NCBI GenBank assembly: GCA_029851875.1
Contig: JARKVC010000030.1
Location: 21,544 to 85,543 of the forward strand
From: Actinomyces sp.
GTDB taxonomy: Bacteria; Actinomycetota; Actinomycetes; Actinomycetales; Actinomycetaceae
Direction: 5' to 3'
Length of the DNA: 64,000 bases
The notes beneath the pieces were generated by a model. That model had not been told where the DNA came from. It made no database searches and saw only the letters and a program-made list of their open reading frames with translations. Below are positions 49,489 to 62,881 of this stretch, one piece after another (the stretch's first letter is position 1; every line of letters begins with the position of its first letter). The position numbers and the translations under genes are program-made.

Positions 49489-50814
49489 ATGCGGATCCTG
49501 CACACCTCAGACTGGCACCTCGGACGCACCTTCCACGGGCGAGTCCTGGATGACGCCCACGCTGCCTTCGCGGACCACCTCGTCGAGCTCGTCGAGGCGG
49601 AGTCCGTCGACGCCGTCGTGGTCGCCGGGGACGTCTACGACCGCGCGATCCCGCCCACGGACTGCGTCCGACTGCTCAATGACACCCTCAACCGCCTCAC
49701 GGAGCGCACGCAGGTGGTGCTCACGCCGGGCAACCACGACTCCGCCCAGCGCCTAGGCTTCGGCTCATCGCTCTTCCGCCCCTCCCTGGCCGTGCGTGCG
49801 CAGGTGGCTGAGGCGGACCAGCCGGTCATCGTGCCTGACCCGCAAGGCAGGGAGGGCCTGCTGGTCTACGCCCTTCCCTACCTCGATCCGGACGCGACCC
49901 GCGGGGTCCTGCCAGCGCTCCTGAGCGAGCGGACGGGCGAGGTCTTCAGCAGGCCAGATAAGCCTGAGGAGACCGGGAGCGAGGGGCTGCATGAGGCGCA
50001 GGGGCCTGTGCGTCTGGCTCGCAGCCACGAGGCCGTCGTCAGTGGGGCGCTGCGTCTGGTGGGCCAGGACCTGGCCCGGCGACGGGCGGCCAGCAGCAGG
50101 CGTGTGCCTGCGGTAGTCACGGCCCACGCCTTCGTCGCCGGCGGGCAGGCCTGTGAGGGCTCCGAGAGGGACATCCGCGTCGGCGGGGTGGACTGCGTAC
50201 CGTCAGAGGTCTTCGAGACCCTGGGTGGGTCTGAGGCCGGCGCCTCCAGCGGTGGGCTGGACTACGTCGCGCTCGGGCACCTGCACCGGCCGCAGGAGAT
50301 CCGCCTTCCTCAGCGCCCGCCCGCAGGATCCTGCGCTGCTGCGCGTCCGCGCCTGGTCTACTCCGGCAGCCCGATACCTTTCTCCTTCTCTGAGGCCCCG
50401 TGGCCCAAGTCCTCAGTCCTGGTGGAGCTGACGGCCGACGGCGTGACGAGCCTCGAGCGGATCCCCACGCCTGTGGCACACCGCATCGAGACGGTCACCG
50501 GCACCATGGAGGAGCTGGAAGGGCCCGCCTTCGACTACGCGGTCGGGGCCTGGGTGCGCGCCATCGTGCGTGGCCCCCTGCCACTGGGAGCACCCGCGCG
50601 CCTGCGCCAGCGTTTTGGTGAGGTGCTGGCCATCGCCCGGCAGGACGACGAGCAGGCGCCCCGCCAGGCGGCGAGCGTGACCCGGTCCGCTGATCCGCTG
50701 GAGGTGGCTCATCAGTTCCTTCACGACGCAGCCCAGAGCGAGCCGACGGCCGCCGACCGGCTGGCCCTGGCCCAGGCCTACGAGGCCGTTCTCGCAGCGA
50801 GGAGGAGCGCCTGA
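49489..50814 (+). CDS. sbcD: Nuclease SbcCD subunit D
   Basis: HTSDWHLG, AGDVYD, GNHD, YVALGHLH and YSGSP. Confidence 0.95.
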   Translation: MRILHTSDWHLGRTFHGRVLDDAHAAFADHLVELVEAESVDAVVVAGDVYDRAIPPTDCVRLLNDTLNRLTERTQVVLTPGNHDSAQRLGFGSSLFRPSLAVRAQVAEADQPVIVPDPQGREGLLVYALPYLDPDATRGVLPALLSERTGEVFSRPDKPEETGSEGLHEAQGPVRLARSHEAVVSGALRLVGQDLARRRAASSRRVPAVVTAHAFVAGGQACEGSERDIRVGGVDCVPSEVFETLGGSEAGASSGGLDYVALGHLHRPQEIRLPQRPPAGSCAAARPRLVYSGSPIPFSFSEAPWPKSSVLVELTADGVTSLERIPTPVAHRIETVTGTMEELEGPAFDYAVGAWVRAIVRGPLPLGAPARLRQRFGEVLAIARQDDEQAPRQAASVTRSADPLEVAHQFLHDAAQSEPTAADRLALAQAYEAVLAARRSA

Positions 50815-53800
50815 TGCGCCTGCACCGTCTGACGATGAGCGCCGTCGGTCCTTATCCCGGCACCGAGGTCATCGACTTCGACCGCTTCGCCACCTCCGGG
50901 CGCTTCCTGCTCACGGGGCCCACGGGCGCCGGCAAGACGACGATCATCGACGCCATCGTCTTCGCCCTGTACGGAGACGTGTCCGGGGACAAGGACTCCT
51001 CCAAGGACCGTATCCGCTCCCGCCTGGCCGGTCCCGGCACCGAGACCGTCGTCGAGCTGGTCTTCTCCACCTCTGCCGGCACCTACCGCGTGCGACGCAC
51101 CCCTGCCTACGAGAGGCTCAAGCTGCGTGGCAGCGGGACCACCACGCAGAAGGCCTCGCTCAAGGTCTGGCGGCTCGCTGACCCGGCCGGCCAGGTCAGC
51201 GAGGACGCCACCCTGCGTCCTGATGAGGCCGGCCCAGAGCTCGTTCGCGCCATCGGGCTGAGCCGCGAGCAGTTCACCCAGACCATCGTGCTGCCTCAAG
51301 GCAAGTTTGCTACCTTCCTGCGCGCTTCGTCTGACGAGCGTCACCGACTCCTGCGTGACGTCTTCGGCACACGGGTCTATGACGAGCTCCAGGAGGAGCT
51401 GCGCCGTCGTTCCCTGGCTGCGCGAGGCCAGGCCGAGCAGTCGCGTCAGCGCCTGCGCGCTGCTGCCGAGGCCTTCGCCGAGGTCGTCTCGCACGAGCCG
51501 GACGGCCAGACAAGGCCGGCGCACACGACGTCGCAGCAGGCGGAGGCCAGCGAGGCAGCGCCCCAGAGCGCACCAGATGAGCCGGACGAGCCGGACGAGC
51601 CGCAGCCCACCGTCCACGAGCTGCTGAGCCGCGCCGTCGAGGCGGCCACGCCCGAGCTGGAGGTGATCGCCGAGGTCACCTCGTCGGCGACCAGGCAGGC
51701 AGCAGCGCGGCTGCGTGAGGCCCAGGAGGAGGTCTCCTCCGCACAGCACAGGCGTGAGAGGGCGCGTGACGAGCTGGACGAGGCTCAGGCGCTGGCCGAG
51801 CTGCTGGCGCAGCGTCGCGCCCTCCTGGAGGCACAGGAGGAGCTGGAGGCCGGGGCTCAGGAGGCCCAGCTGACTGCTCATACCCTGGACCTGGCCCAGC
51901 GAGCGGCCTCGGTGGCAGGCATGGTCCAGCGAGCGCACAAGGATGCTGAGGCCGCCGCCCAGGCCCTGGAGCAGGAGGTTGGTGAGCTGCCAGCGGACGA
52001 GGTCACGTCCGCGCTCCTCGCCCAGGCCCTCAGCGAGGGCGAGCAGACCCTGGACGAGGTGCACGGCTGGGACCAGGTTGAGCACGCCCCGCAGCCGGGC
52101 GACACCCCTGACCTGGCTGCCTCCAGCCGTCTGGTCGCGCACCTGGAGACCCAGGCGCGCGAGCAACGGGACCGTGCCGCCGCCCTGGTGGAGGCCGAGG
52201 CCACGGAGTCCCGGGTCTCGCAGCGACGTGAGCGGCTGGAGCGCCTGCGCCAGGAGCAGGAGCGTCAGTCCCAGCAGATCGAGGAGACCCGTGGGGCGCT
52301 GACGTCGCTCCCCCGGCGTGCTGAGCAGCTGCGTGAGCTCCTGGCCACGGCGCACCAGGCCCAGGAGCGCGTGCCGGACCTGCGCTCGGCCCACGAGGCC
52401 GCCGAGCGCCGGGCACAGGCCGCCGAGCAGGTCAGCTCCGTGTCCAGCGCGCTCGCTCAGGCCCGAGAGTCTGCCGAGCAGGCCCGCAGGGAGGCTGACG
52501 CGCTCGAGAAGCAGGCCCACGCCCTGCGCAGCGCCTGGATCAACGCCACGTCGGCGACCCTGGTCGGGGAGCTCTCACCAGGCCAGCCGTGCCCCGTGTG
52601 CGGCTCGCCTGAGCACCCGCGTCCCGCCCCAGCCGACTGCGACCCGGTCTCACGCGCGGACCTGGACGCCGCTGACCAGTCCTCGGCTCGTGCCCGTCAG
52701 AGCCTGGAGGCCGCCCGCGCCCAGGTCACAACGCTCCAGGCCCGGCTCGCCCAGGCCGAGGCCGCCGCCGAGGGGCGCTCGCCCGAGCAGGCCTCAGCCG
52801 AGCTCACCGCCACCAGCCAGGCGCTGGCCAGCGCCCAGGAGCAGGCCGAGCCACGCACGCGGCTGCAGGAGGAGCTCGACTCGCTGACGGCACGTAAGTC
52901 CGAGCTCCAGCAGCGGCTGAGCGAGCACAAGGAAGCGGCTGCAGCCACAGCCGCCACGTTCGCCTCCGAGCAGGAGGGGCTGGAGCGTGACCTGGAGCAG
53001 GTCACGACGGCGCGAGGTGCCTACGCCAGCGTGGCGTCACGGCGCGCCGAGCTCGGGCGCGCCGCTGAGCTGGCTGAGGCCCTGACGGCCCGCTGGCGCA
53101 CGGTGCGGACACTCGTGCAGGCTGCACGCGCCTCTCAGCAGGACCTCGCCTCCGAGATGGCCAAGGCAGGCTTCGCCTCTCGCACCGACCTGGAGGCAGC
53201 ACGGCGCGGCGAGGCCGAGGTCGACCGCCTGGCCGCCCTCGTGCGCGAGCGCGACGCCGAGGTAGCGCGCGTGCGCGCAGGCCTGGCCCAGCCGCAGGTC
53301 AGTGCGCTCACGGGTCAGGAGGAGCCAGGTCTCAGCCAGGCCCGGCAGGTCCTGGCTGAGAGCGAGCAGGCCTGGCAGTCCGCGGTCTCGCAGCAGGCCG
53401 GCATCCAGGCACGGGACGAGTCCGTGCGCACACGTGCACGCCGCCTGCACGAGGCGGCCACCGAGCTGGCCACCGTGGTCGGGGACAACGCTGCCCTCCT
53501 TCGCGTGGCGGCTCTGGCAGCGGGCGAGAACCACGAGGCCACACCGCTGGCGACCTGGGTCCTGACTGAACGGTTCAAGGAGGTCCTGGCCTTCGCCAAC
53601 CACCGGCTGGAGACCATGTCCGGCGGACGCTACGAGCTCATCCAGGTCGACGAGGAGAAGAACAGCGCCCGCCGGCGGGGCCTGGGCATGGGCGTGCTGG
53701 ACCGGCTCGGCGGGGAACGGACCCGTGACCCCCGGACCCTGTCCGGAGGCGAGACCTTCTACGTCTCCCTCGCCCTGGCCCTGGCCCTGGCGGACGTGGT

Positions 53801-54032
53801 GGCAACCGAGTCCGGAGGGACTCTCATGGAGACCCTCTTCGTGGACGAGGGCTTCGGCTCCCTGGATCCGCAGACTCTCCAGGACGTCCTCCACGAGCTC
53901 GGCCGGCTGCAGCAAGGCGGGCGCACGGTGGGGATCGTCAGCCACGTCGAGGAGCTGCGCCGCCAGATCCCCGACCAGGTCAAGGTCACCGCAACGCCTG
54001 AGGGCTCACGACTGACGGTCGTGGCCTCCTAG
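50814..54032 (+). CDS. sbcC: Nuclease SbcCD subunit C (SMC-like)
   Basis: GPTGAGKT, CPVCGS zinc hook, LSGGE, DEGFGSLD and VSH. Confidence 0.95.
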   Translation: MRLHRLTMSAVGPYPGTEVIDFDRFATSGRFLLTGPTGAGKTTIIDAIVFALYGDVSGDKDSSKDRIRSRLAGPGTETVVELVFSTSAGTYRVRRTPAYERLKLRGSGTTTQKASLKVWRLADPAGQVSEDATLRPDEAGPELVRAIGLSREQFTQTIVLPQGKFATFLRASSDERHRLLRDVFGTRVYDELQEELRRRSLAARGQAEQSRQRLRAAAEAFAEVVSHEPDGQTRPAHTTSQQAEASEAAPQSAPDEPDEPDEPQPTVHELLSRAVEAATPELEVIAEVTSSATRQAAARLREAQEEVSSAQHRRERARDELDEAQALAELLAQRRALLEAQEELEAGAQEAQLTAHTLDLAQRAASVAGMVQRAHKDAEAAAQALEQEVGELPADEVTSALLAQALSEGEQTLDEVHGWDQVEHAPQPGDTPDLAASSRLVAHLETQAREQRDRAAALVEAEATESRVSQRRERLERLRQEQERQSQQIEETRGALTSLPRRAEQLRELLATAHQAQERVPDLRSAHEAAERRAQAAEQVSSVSSALAQARESAEQARREADALEKQAHALRSAWINATSATLVGELSPGQPCPVCGSPEHPRPAPADCDPVSRADLDAADQSSARARQSLEAARAQVTTLQARLAQAEAAAEGRSPEQASAELTATSQALASAQEQAEPRTRLQEELDSLTARKSELQQRLSEHKEAAAATAATFASEQEGLERDLEQVTTARGAYASVASRRAELGRAAELAEALTARWRTVRTLVQAARASQQDLASEMAKAGFASRTDLEAARRGEAEVDRLAALVRERDAEVARVRAGLAQPQVSALTGQEEPGLSQARQVLAESEQAWQSAVSQQAGIQARDESVRTRARRLHEAATELATVVGDNAALLRVAALAAGENHEATPLATWVLTERFKEVLAFANHRLETMSGGRYELIQVDEEKNSARRRGLGMGVLDRLGGERTRDPRTLSGGETFYVSLALALALADVVATESGGTLMETLFVDEGFGSLDPQTLQDVLHELGRLQQGGRTVGIVSHVEELRRQIPDQVKVTATPEGSRLTVVAS

Positions 54033-54505
54033 GAGCCTGAGCCGAGCCGAGCAGCCAGGTGGCCTCGCTCGCAGACGTCGAACCACAGCAGGTCAGCGTC
54101 CGCGGCACGCTCAAAGGCCTCCTCGTCCCCGGTGCGGGCCAGCCGGACGTCAGCCTCAGCCTCGACGTCATCGACGAGGAGTGCTGCGACGTCGTCCCAG
54201 CCCACCGGGACCACCAGCTCCACCGTCCCGGGCAGGACGTCACCCTCGACCGTCAGCTCACGCAGGTCAGCAGGGTCGACGTCAGCCGCCACGACCACAC
54301 GGCGGTCCGCGACCCCGGCGGCCTCCGGCTCTGCCAGCCGCACCAGGGAAGAGTCCGCGGCGCACAGGCTCGCCGAGACCTCCAGACCCTCCTCGTCCTC
54401 CTCCGGCAGAGCGGCGGCCAGGGCTGGCGTCACCGCGTGGGCCGTGCGGGGGCTGATCTCAGCGACGGACAGGTCGGCGGCTGTGGCCGGAAGGTAGATG
54501 CGCAT
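54029..54505 (-). CDS. Conserved actinobacterial hypothetical protein (DUF6912-like)
   Basis: MRIYLPAT, AHAVTPAL, RRVVVAAD and DLLWFD pattern; family assignment from recall. Confidence 0.65.
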   Translation of the reverse strand: MRIYLPATAADLSVAEISPRTAHAVTPALAAALPEEDEEGLEVSASLCAADSSLVRLAEPEAAGVADRRVVVAADVDPADLRELTVEGDVLPGTVELVVPVGWDDVAALLVDDVEAEADVRLARTGDEEAFERAADADLLWFDVCERGHLAARLGSGS

Positions 54506-54560
54506 GGCACCAGTGTGCCCTGCCGTGAGCCGGGACGACGGCTACGCCGCAGGCACCGGT

Positions 54561-55883
54561 TCAGGCCGTGCGGCTCTGGCTCACCCGTCTGGCCAGCCAG
54601 GCCGGGACGGACCGGTCCCTGCGCAGCCCGCGCCCAGGCCACCGCGGCGCAGGAGCGCAGGCTGATCGCGCCAGGTGGTTGACCAGGCCGGTCAGCGCCT
54701 GGCCGAGGGGACAGCCCACATCGTCCTCAAGGACGCTGCGCCCGCGCCTGACAGCGAGGTCCGCCTGCGGCCCCTCGGGGAGGAGGACCAGGTCCTCAGG
54801 GGCGAGCCTGCCGGCCAGTGCCCGGCGCACGGCCCCCGCCGGATCCGGCCCGGCGCTGGTGGGACGCAACCTGTTGACGACGACCTGGAGGCGTCCTTCC
54901 GCTCCGTCCACCTGTCGCAGGCTCGTCAACAGCTGGGTCAGGCGGCGCATCCCGACGACGTCGGCCTTCCCGACCACGACGATGACGTCCGCCTCGCGCA
55001 GGAGCGAGGCCACCAGCGCGTCTCGGCCTGGTTCCAGGGTGTAGGAGTCCACCTCCTCCTCGACCTCCCCGCCCGCCACGTCCACCACCGTCCAGGCCGC
55101 CAGGTGCCGGCTCAGCGCCCACACGCGCTCCATGGCCACCGGCGGAAGCTCGCGCCACCGCCCCGCACGCCCCACCCCGCCAAGGACACGGGCTCCGGGA
55201 CCGACGCTAACGAGGAGGGCCTCCAGGGTGTCCCGGTCCAGGGAGCCGCGCAAGGCCAGGTGGGCGGCTGTGGCGACCGAGGCATACTGCTCACCCAGGC
55301 CCAGGACCTGGTTGAGGCTCGGGGCGCTGAGGTCGGCGTCGACGAGGATGGAGCCGCCTCGCTGGGCCAGCCCGTGCGCCAGGGCGGCCGCGACGGTGGT
55401 CCTGCCCGGCGCGCCGTGCGGTCCCCACACCACGACCAGCGCCCCAGCCTCTCTCAGGCCGCCAGCGCCCGCCCTGCTGGCGCCGTCGGCCCCGCGCTCC
55501 CCGAGCGCAGCCTCCTGGAGCCCTCGCACCACCACGGCCTCCGGGCAGTCCCGGGGCAGTACCCTCCAGCCGGGCTGCTCCCAGTCACCTTCTTCCGGCC
55601 CCACCAGCAGGACCCCGCCGATGCCAGCCCTCCGCAGGCGCTCGGGCACGGTCCGGTCCAGCTCAGCAAGAGCGGTATCGAGGACGGCCAGACGTACCTG
55701 CCGGGTGATGCTCACCGACAGCAGCTCGGTCACGCTCTCGCACTGGCGCGCGGTTCTCAGCCCGGTGCCGCAGCGGTCGACGGCCTCTACCAGGGCCGGG
55801 TGCCCGCCGGCCACAGCCAGGGCGACTGCCGTGGGGGCCGGGCCGGTCGCGCGGCGGGAGAGCGGCCAGGGGGTCGAGCTCAC
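54561..55883 (-). CDS. CpaE/ParA-MinD-like ATPase with degenerate receiver domain
   Basis: Deviant Walker A WGPHGAPGRTT, LVDAD and VVDVA; AAGGAGG RBS. Confidence 0.75.
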   Translation of the reverse strand: MSSTPWPLSRRATGPAPTAVALAVAGGHPALVEAVDRCGTGLRTARQCESVTELLSVSITRQVRLAVLDTALAELDRTVPERLRRAGIGGVLLVGPEEGDWEQPGWRVLPRDCPEAVVVRGLQEAALGERGADGASRAGAGGLREAGALVVVWGPHGAPGRTTVAAALAHGLAQRGGSILVDADLSAPSLNQVLGLGEQYASVATAAHLALRGSLDRDTLEALLVSVGPGARVLGGVGRAGRWRELPPVAMERVWALSRHLAAWTVVDVAGGEVEEEVDSYTLEPGRDALVASLLREADVIVVVGKADVVGMRRLTQLLTSLRQVDGAEGRLQVVVNRLRPTSAGPDPAGAVRRALAGRLAPEDLVLLPEGPQADLAVRRGRSVLEDDVGCPLGQALTGLVNHLARSACAPAPRWPGRGLRRDRSVPAWLARRVSQSRTA

Positions 55884-55993
55884 GAGAGCCTCCTTGCATA
55901 CTCGTGACCCTGCATCAGGGTGATGAGGGTGAATTGACGTCGGCTGGTGTGTTGCTCACCGGTTTCCGTGCCCTACAGGGAGACAATCTCACC

Positions 55994-56215
55994 ATGAGCG
56001 CCTCATTCCTGACCATCGCAGACGTCGCCGAAAGGCTCCAGCTCTCCACCCAGGCTGTCCGTGCCCTCATCCTGTCGGGGGACCTGCCTGCGATCCAGGT
56101 CGGCGCCCGCAAGCTGTGGCGGATCCCCGAGGACGCCTTTGACGAGTACGTCGAGCGCCAGCTCGCCTCTACTCGCCAGATGGTGGCCTCCGAGAAGTCC
56201 TCCCGGCGCTCCTGA
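55994..56215 (+). CDS. Excisionase/BldC-like helix-turn-helix protein
   Basis: FLTIADVAERLQLS...GDLPAIQVG..WRI; GACAAT-N6-ATG. Confidence 0.85.
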   Translation: MSASFLTIADVAERLQLSTQAVRALILSGDLPAIQVGARKLWRIPEDAFDEYVERQLASTRQMVASEKSSRRS

Positions 56216-56245
56216 GCCCGACCGTGCCACAGGGCGCCAAGGCCC

Positions 56246-56779
56246 TCAGCACTCCCTGACGACCTCGATCGCCTCCAGCGCGACCACAACCTGCTGACCC
56301 CCGCCTGCGACAGGAACTCGCTGGCTCATCTCGACGGCGAGCTCGACGTGGTCCTGGCCGACCGGCACGATCGTGCCGGTCACGCTGCCCGCGAGCAGGC
56401 TGAGACTGACTCGTGCCCCGCGCCGTCGCAGGTCGCGCAGCGCCTCCCTCATGCTGCGCCACCCCTCCCCCTCGCCGCTCGCACCAGTGCCTCCAGGGCC
56501 AACGACGGCGACGGCGTCCGTGCGCACGACCACGGCCCCACCGCCCGGCAGCCGGCCAACGAGGACGTCCTGACCCACCTGCCGCGCGAGGACCTCGACG
56601 CAGGCCCCGCCGCGCGTCAGCACGCGCAGCCGCTGGCCGAGCCCGGAGCGCAGCCGGTCCCCCACGGTCACCGTCGCAGCCTCAGCCTCGGCCAGATCCG
56701 CACCCTGACCTGCGACCTGTGCCCGCCGTTCCGCATCGAAGACGCTCTCAAGCTCGTCGAGATAGGTGATCGGGTCCAT
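56246..56779 (-). CDS. Hypothetical protein
   Basis: Coding-like ORF (VGDRLR, GTIVPVGQDHVEL) between the HTH and LysM genes; start uncertain. Confidence 0.65.
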   Translation of the reverse strand: MDPITYLDELESVFDAERRAQVAGQGADLAEAEAATVTVGDRLRSGLGQRLRVLTRGGACVEVLARQVGQDVLVGRLPGGGAVVVRTDAVAVVGPGGTGASGEGEGWRSMREALRDLRRRGARVSLSLLAGSVTGTIVPVGQDHVELAVEMSQRVPVAGGGQQVVVALEAIEVVREC

Positions 56780-56903
56780 GACCTCAACCCCATCACTCAG
56801 CAAGAAGGTACGCATGGGACCTCAATCCCTCTCTTGACACCTCTTCCGCAATTGTCGATGATCAAGCAACCTCAAACATCATTGTCGATTCTCGGAGGTC
56901 ATC

Positions 56904-57995
56904 ATGTCACTGCGTATGCGTCTGTCAGCGATGACAGCACTCGCCTTCCTGCTCACCGTCATCCTGGCCACCGTGACAGTCGGTGGGACCCAGACCCTCC
57001 TTGAGGTCCCTCAGGAGCCCTGGGCGCCGATCTGTCTCGCCTGGCTCGGCGTCCTGTCCTGCGCGGTGCTCACGCTCGCCGGTGCCTGGCACGTCGCCTC
57101 CGGCCTGCTGGCTCTGGCCGCCACACGGGACGAGGACGTCGTCTCCAGCCGCCTGGGTCAGGCGCTCCTGAGGGCAGTGGCTCGCCGCGGGGCACCAGCG
57201 GTGCGCCGTACCGTCGCAGGCACGCTGTTGCTCGGCCTGGCGACGGCGAGCCCCGCGGCCGCTCAGGTCTCCGCCCCCAGCGACGACCTGGGCTGGTCAC
57301 CGACCAGCTCGGAGACCGGCGCCCCGCCTCCTGAGCGTCCCGCCGCGCCAGAGCCTGGCACCCAGGAGGGCGAGGGCCCGGACACCCCTGCCGACGCCTC
57401 CGCCCAGCCCGGGCAGAGCGAGCCTCCCGGGCAGAGCGCCCCCTCCCAGCCGGGCCAGACGCCGAGCGACACGGCGAGCGACACGGCGAGCACGGGCTCC
57501 TCCGACTCCCCCGGCGCTGACGTGCCGCTGCGTCCTGCCCAGCCGCGCCCCTCCGAGCTCGTTCCTCCGAGCGGCCCACCAGCCGCCGACGCCGCCGCAG
57601 CGACCACCGCCGGCGGCCCGGAACCTCACGCAGGCAGGGTGCAGGCTCCTGGTCTCCTGGGCACCCAGGCCGCACAGGGTGCTGGCCAGGCTCAGGGGCG
57701 CCGCCCGCACCCAGCTCGTCCTCAGAGCCGTGCCCGCTCGCCGCACCCTTCTGCCACGAACGAGTCCGTCCCCACCGCGGGTTCCAGGGAGACGGTCACC
57801 GTGGCGCCCGGGGACTCGCTGTGGCAGATCACGCGCTCCCTGCTTGAGGCGGCGAGGGACGGCGAGGTCAGCGACGCCGAGGTCCTCACCTCCTGGCCCG
57901 AGCTCTACGCGCTCAACGTCGCCGCGATCGGCCCGGATCCTTCCTTGATCCACCCTGGCACCGTGCTCACGGTTCCCGACAGCCTGCGCCGCTAG
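56904..57995 (+). CDS. Membrane-anchored LysM domain protein
   Basis: N-terminal TMs, Pro-rich linker, VTVAPGDSLWQI...IGPDPSLIHPGTVL; GGAGG RBS. Confidence 0.88.
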   Translation: MSLRMRLSAMTALAFLLTVILATVTVGGTQTLLEVPQEPWAPICLAWLGVLSCAVLTLAGAWHVASGLLALAATRDEDVVSSRLGQALLRAVARRGAPAVRRTVAGTLLLGLATASPAAAQVSAPSDDLGWSPTSSETGAPPPERPAAPEPGTQEGEGPDTPADASAQPGQSEPPGQSAPSQPGQTPSDTASDTASTGSSDSPGADVPLRPAQPRPSELVPPSGPPAADAAAATTAGGPEPHAGRVQAPGLLGTQAAQGAGQAQGRRPHPARPQSRARSPHPSATNESVPTAGSRETVTVAPGDSLWQITRSLLEAARDGEVSDAEVLTSWPELYALNVAAIGPDPSLIHPGTVLTVPDSLRR

Positions 57996-58021
57996 CCGGC
58001 CCGCCGACAAGGACGCCCGCC

Positions 58022-58663
58022 ATGGCCACCCTCACCGCACCACCCGCTCTGCGAGCGCCGCAGGCGCTCCGTCTGTCCCCGCCCCGTCTGCCCGGCCCTG
58101 CCGACGCCCTCGCCCTGGCAGAGCGGCTGACCACCTCCCCGCCCGAGCTCACTCACTGTCCCACTCACCCCCTCCAGGAGCCTGGGAGCCGTCCAGGCCG
58201 CGGTCCGGCCCGGTGGGACCGATTCCGCTTCGTCCCCACGGTCGAGCAGAGCGAGGCCTCGCTCGAGGCCATCCGCGAGGCGCGTGCCGGTGAGGAGGCC
58301 TCGGCCTTAGGCGAGCAGTCGTCCGGCACCAGGCAGGTGGCGACGGCGACCAGGATGGCGCAGGCACTCGTCACGGCTGCCGCGGAGGTCCTGGCAGGGC
58401 TGCGCCCGGTGGACCACCTGTCCGGCTGGACCACGCCCGAGCTCTTCGACGCCCTGGCGCGTCGGGCGGGCCTGGCCCGCCGGATCCTGGGCGAGGCGGC
58501 CTCGCCCCGCCCGCGTCCGCGTCGCGCGAGCGTCCAGCTCACCCCCTCGGGGGCCTGCGAGGCCATGGTGCTGCTCGACGTCGGGCCGCAGCTGCGTGGC
58601 GCCGCAGCCCGGCTGGAGATGCACCGCGGCCGCTGGGTCCTGGCCGTCGTGGAGATCGGCTAG
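58022..58663 (+). CDS. Rv3235-family protein
   Basis: EVLAGLRPVDHL and AAARLE...RW motifs; convergent with secA as is typical. Confidence 0.8.
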   Translation: MATLTAPPALRAPQALRLSPPRLPGPADALALAERLTTSPPELTHCPTHPLQEPGSRPGRGPARWDRFRFVPTVEQSEASLEAIREARAGEEASALGEQSSGTRQVATATRMAQALVTAAAEVLAGLRPVDHLSGWTTPELFDALARRAGLARRILGEAASPRPRPRRASVQLTPSGACEAMVLLDVGPQLRGAAARLEMHRGRWVLAVVEIG

Positions 58664-58702
58664 GACCCAGCGGCCGCGACGGCGGTGAAGGCCCGCGCCC
58701 GC

Positions 58703-61492
<2,790 letters not shown>

Positions 61493-61752
61493 ACTGGTTT
61501 CTCCCTGTGGTGACGGCGGAGCGTGTCCGCAGGGCGCAGCCGCAGCCGCGCCCGGAAGCCACGTCCTGGCGGTCCTGCCCCAGGCCGAAAGAGCCGCGAG
61601 CGGTGCAGGCGTCGTTCATCGTAGTGGACTGTGCCCGCCCCACGCCTGCGCCGCCACCTCACAGGAAGGCGCCGTGTCCACACCGCGGGTGCGCGAGCGG
61701 GCCCCGCCGCCGGCTGTGGAGGAGAGCGACGACGGCGAGGCAGGCTCACCCC

Positions 61753-62700
61753 ATGCCCTCGTCCCCGCCCGAGGCCACCGCCTCCACGCCGCCAGAGTCC
61801 TGGCCACCACGACTGCCAGGACCTGCTGCCTGGAAGCCTGCTCGCTGGCTGCGGCGCCTCGTCCAGGACTGCGCCAGCGTGCTCGTCCCTCTCCGGTGCG
61901 CGGGGTGCGGCACCTGGGACACCCGGCTGTGCCCGAGCTGCCGCCACCTCCTGGACGGCCCGCTGTCCGAGGTCCTCCACGCCGACGGTGCCGGCGATCT
62001 CCCTATCCACGCCCTGGCGACCTACCGCGGTCCGCTGCGCGCCCTGGTCCTGGGCTGGAAGAACGGTGGGCGGGAGGACCTGGCCGAGGTCATGGGAGAG
62101 GCAGGGCAGCACGCCGCAGGCCTGTGGAGCGCAGGCCTGGAGACCTCGCTGGTCCAGGAGGTCACCAAGGCGGGTGGAGTGCTGGTCGTCCCCGCTCCCT
62201 CCGGCCTCACGCGGCGCCTGCGAGGGCGCCTCGTGGCGGCGGACCTGGCCGACGCGGTGGCCCGTGGCATCGCCCGCTCCTGGCCCGGCGGGGGCGACCT
62301 GCTCGTCCTGTCCGCCGACGTCCTGCGCCGCCGGCCACGGCTGCGCGGCGCCCACCAGCGCGGACGCTCGGCACGTCGTCGGCGCCTGAACAGAGCCTCA
62401 CCCCCGCGCGTGCTGGCGCCGGTCGAGGGCTGGCCCGTCCTCCTGGTCGACGACGTCGTCACCACAGGCTCGACCCTCGGCTCGTGCGCCCGGGCCCTGG
62501 AGGCCGCCCGGGCCCGGTGCCTGGGCGCCCTCGTCCTGGCAGCCGCCCCCTCGCCCCGGGCCCAGGTCAGCGGCGTGCCCGGAGGGTCAGCGCCGTCACG
62601 GCCTCCCCTCTCGGCCTCCCCCGCCCCTCCTGGCGGCCGCGTGTCAGCGCACGGCGATCAGGTGGCGGGGAAGTCAGCAGCAGGCGTCCACATGGTGTAA
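61753..62700 (+). CDS. comF: ComF family phosphoribosyltransferase-like protein (start uncertain)
   Basis: CAGC...CPSC zinc ribbon and LLVDDVVTTGST. Confidence 0.85.
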   Translation: MPSSPPEATASTPPESWPPRLPGPAAWKPARWLRRLVQDCASVLVPLRCAGCGTWDTRLCPSCRHLLDGPLSEVLHADGAGDLPIHALATYRGPLRALVLGWKNGGREDLAEVMGEAGQHAAGLWSAGLETSLVQEVTKAGGVLVVPAPSGLTRRLRGRLVAADLADAVARGIARSWPGGGDLLVLSADVLRRRPRLRGAHQRGRSARRRRLNRASPPRVLAPVEGWPVLLVDDVVTTGSTLGSCARALEAARARCLGALVLAAAPSPRAQVSGVPGGSAPSRPPLSASPAPPGGRVSAHGDQVAGKSAAGVHMV

Positions 62701-62881
62701 GCTATGTGGCACAACGCACACAAGGCGCGGGGATCCCACGGAGGTGTCCCCGTCCCGCCCCACAGGGCGGACGGCACGCAGGAGGTGGTCACGTTCCATC
62801 CAGAGCCCGTCGCGAGGTGCGGCGGGTGGCTCCGTTCGATCCACTGAGAAGGATCATCAGGACCCAGAAAGAGGTTCCACC

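Noticed and set aside
55994-56215. Prophage or ICE excisionase
   Set aside because: No integrase, att/tRNA site or phage genes; it sits in a chromosomal cluster beside secA.
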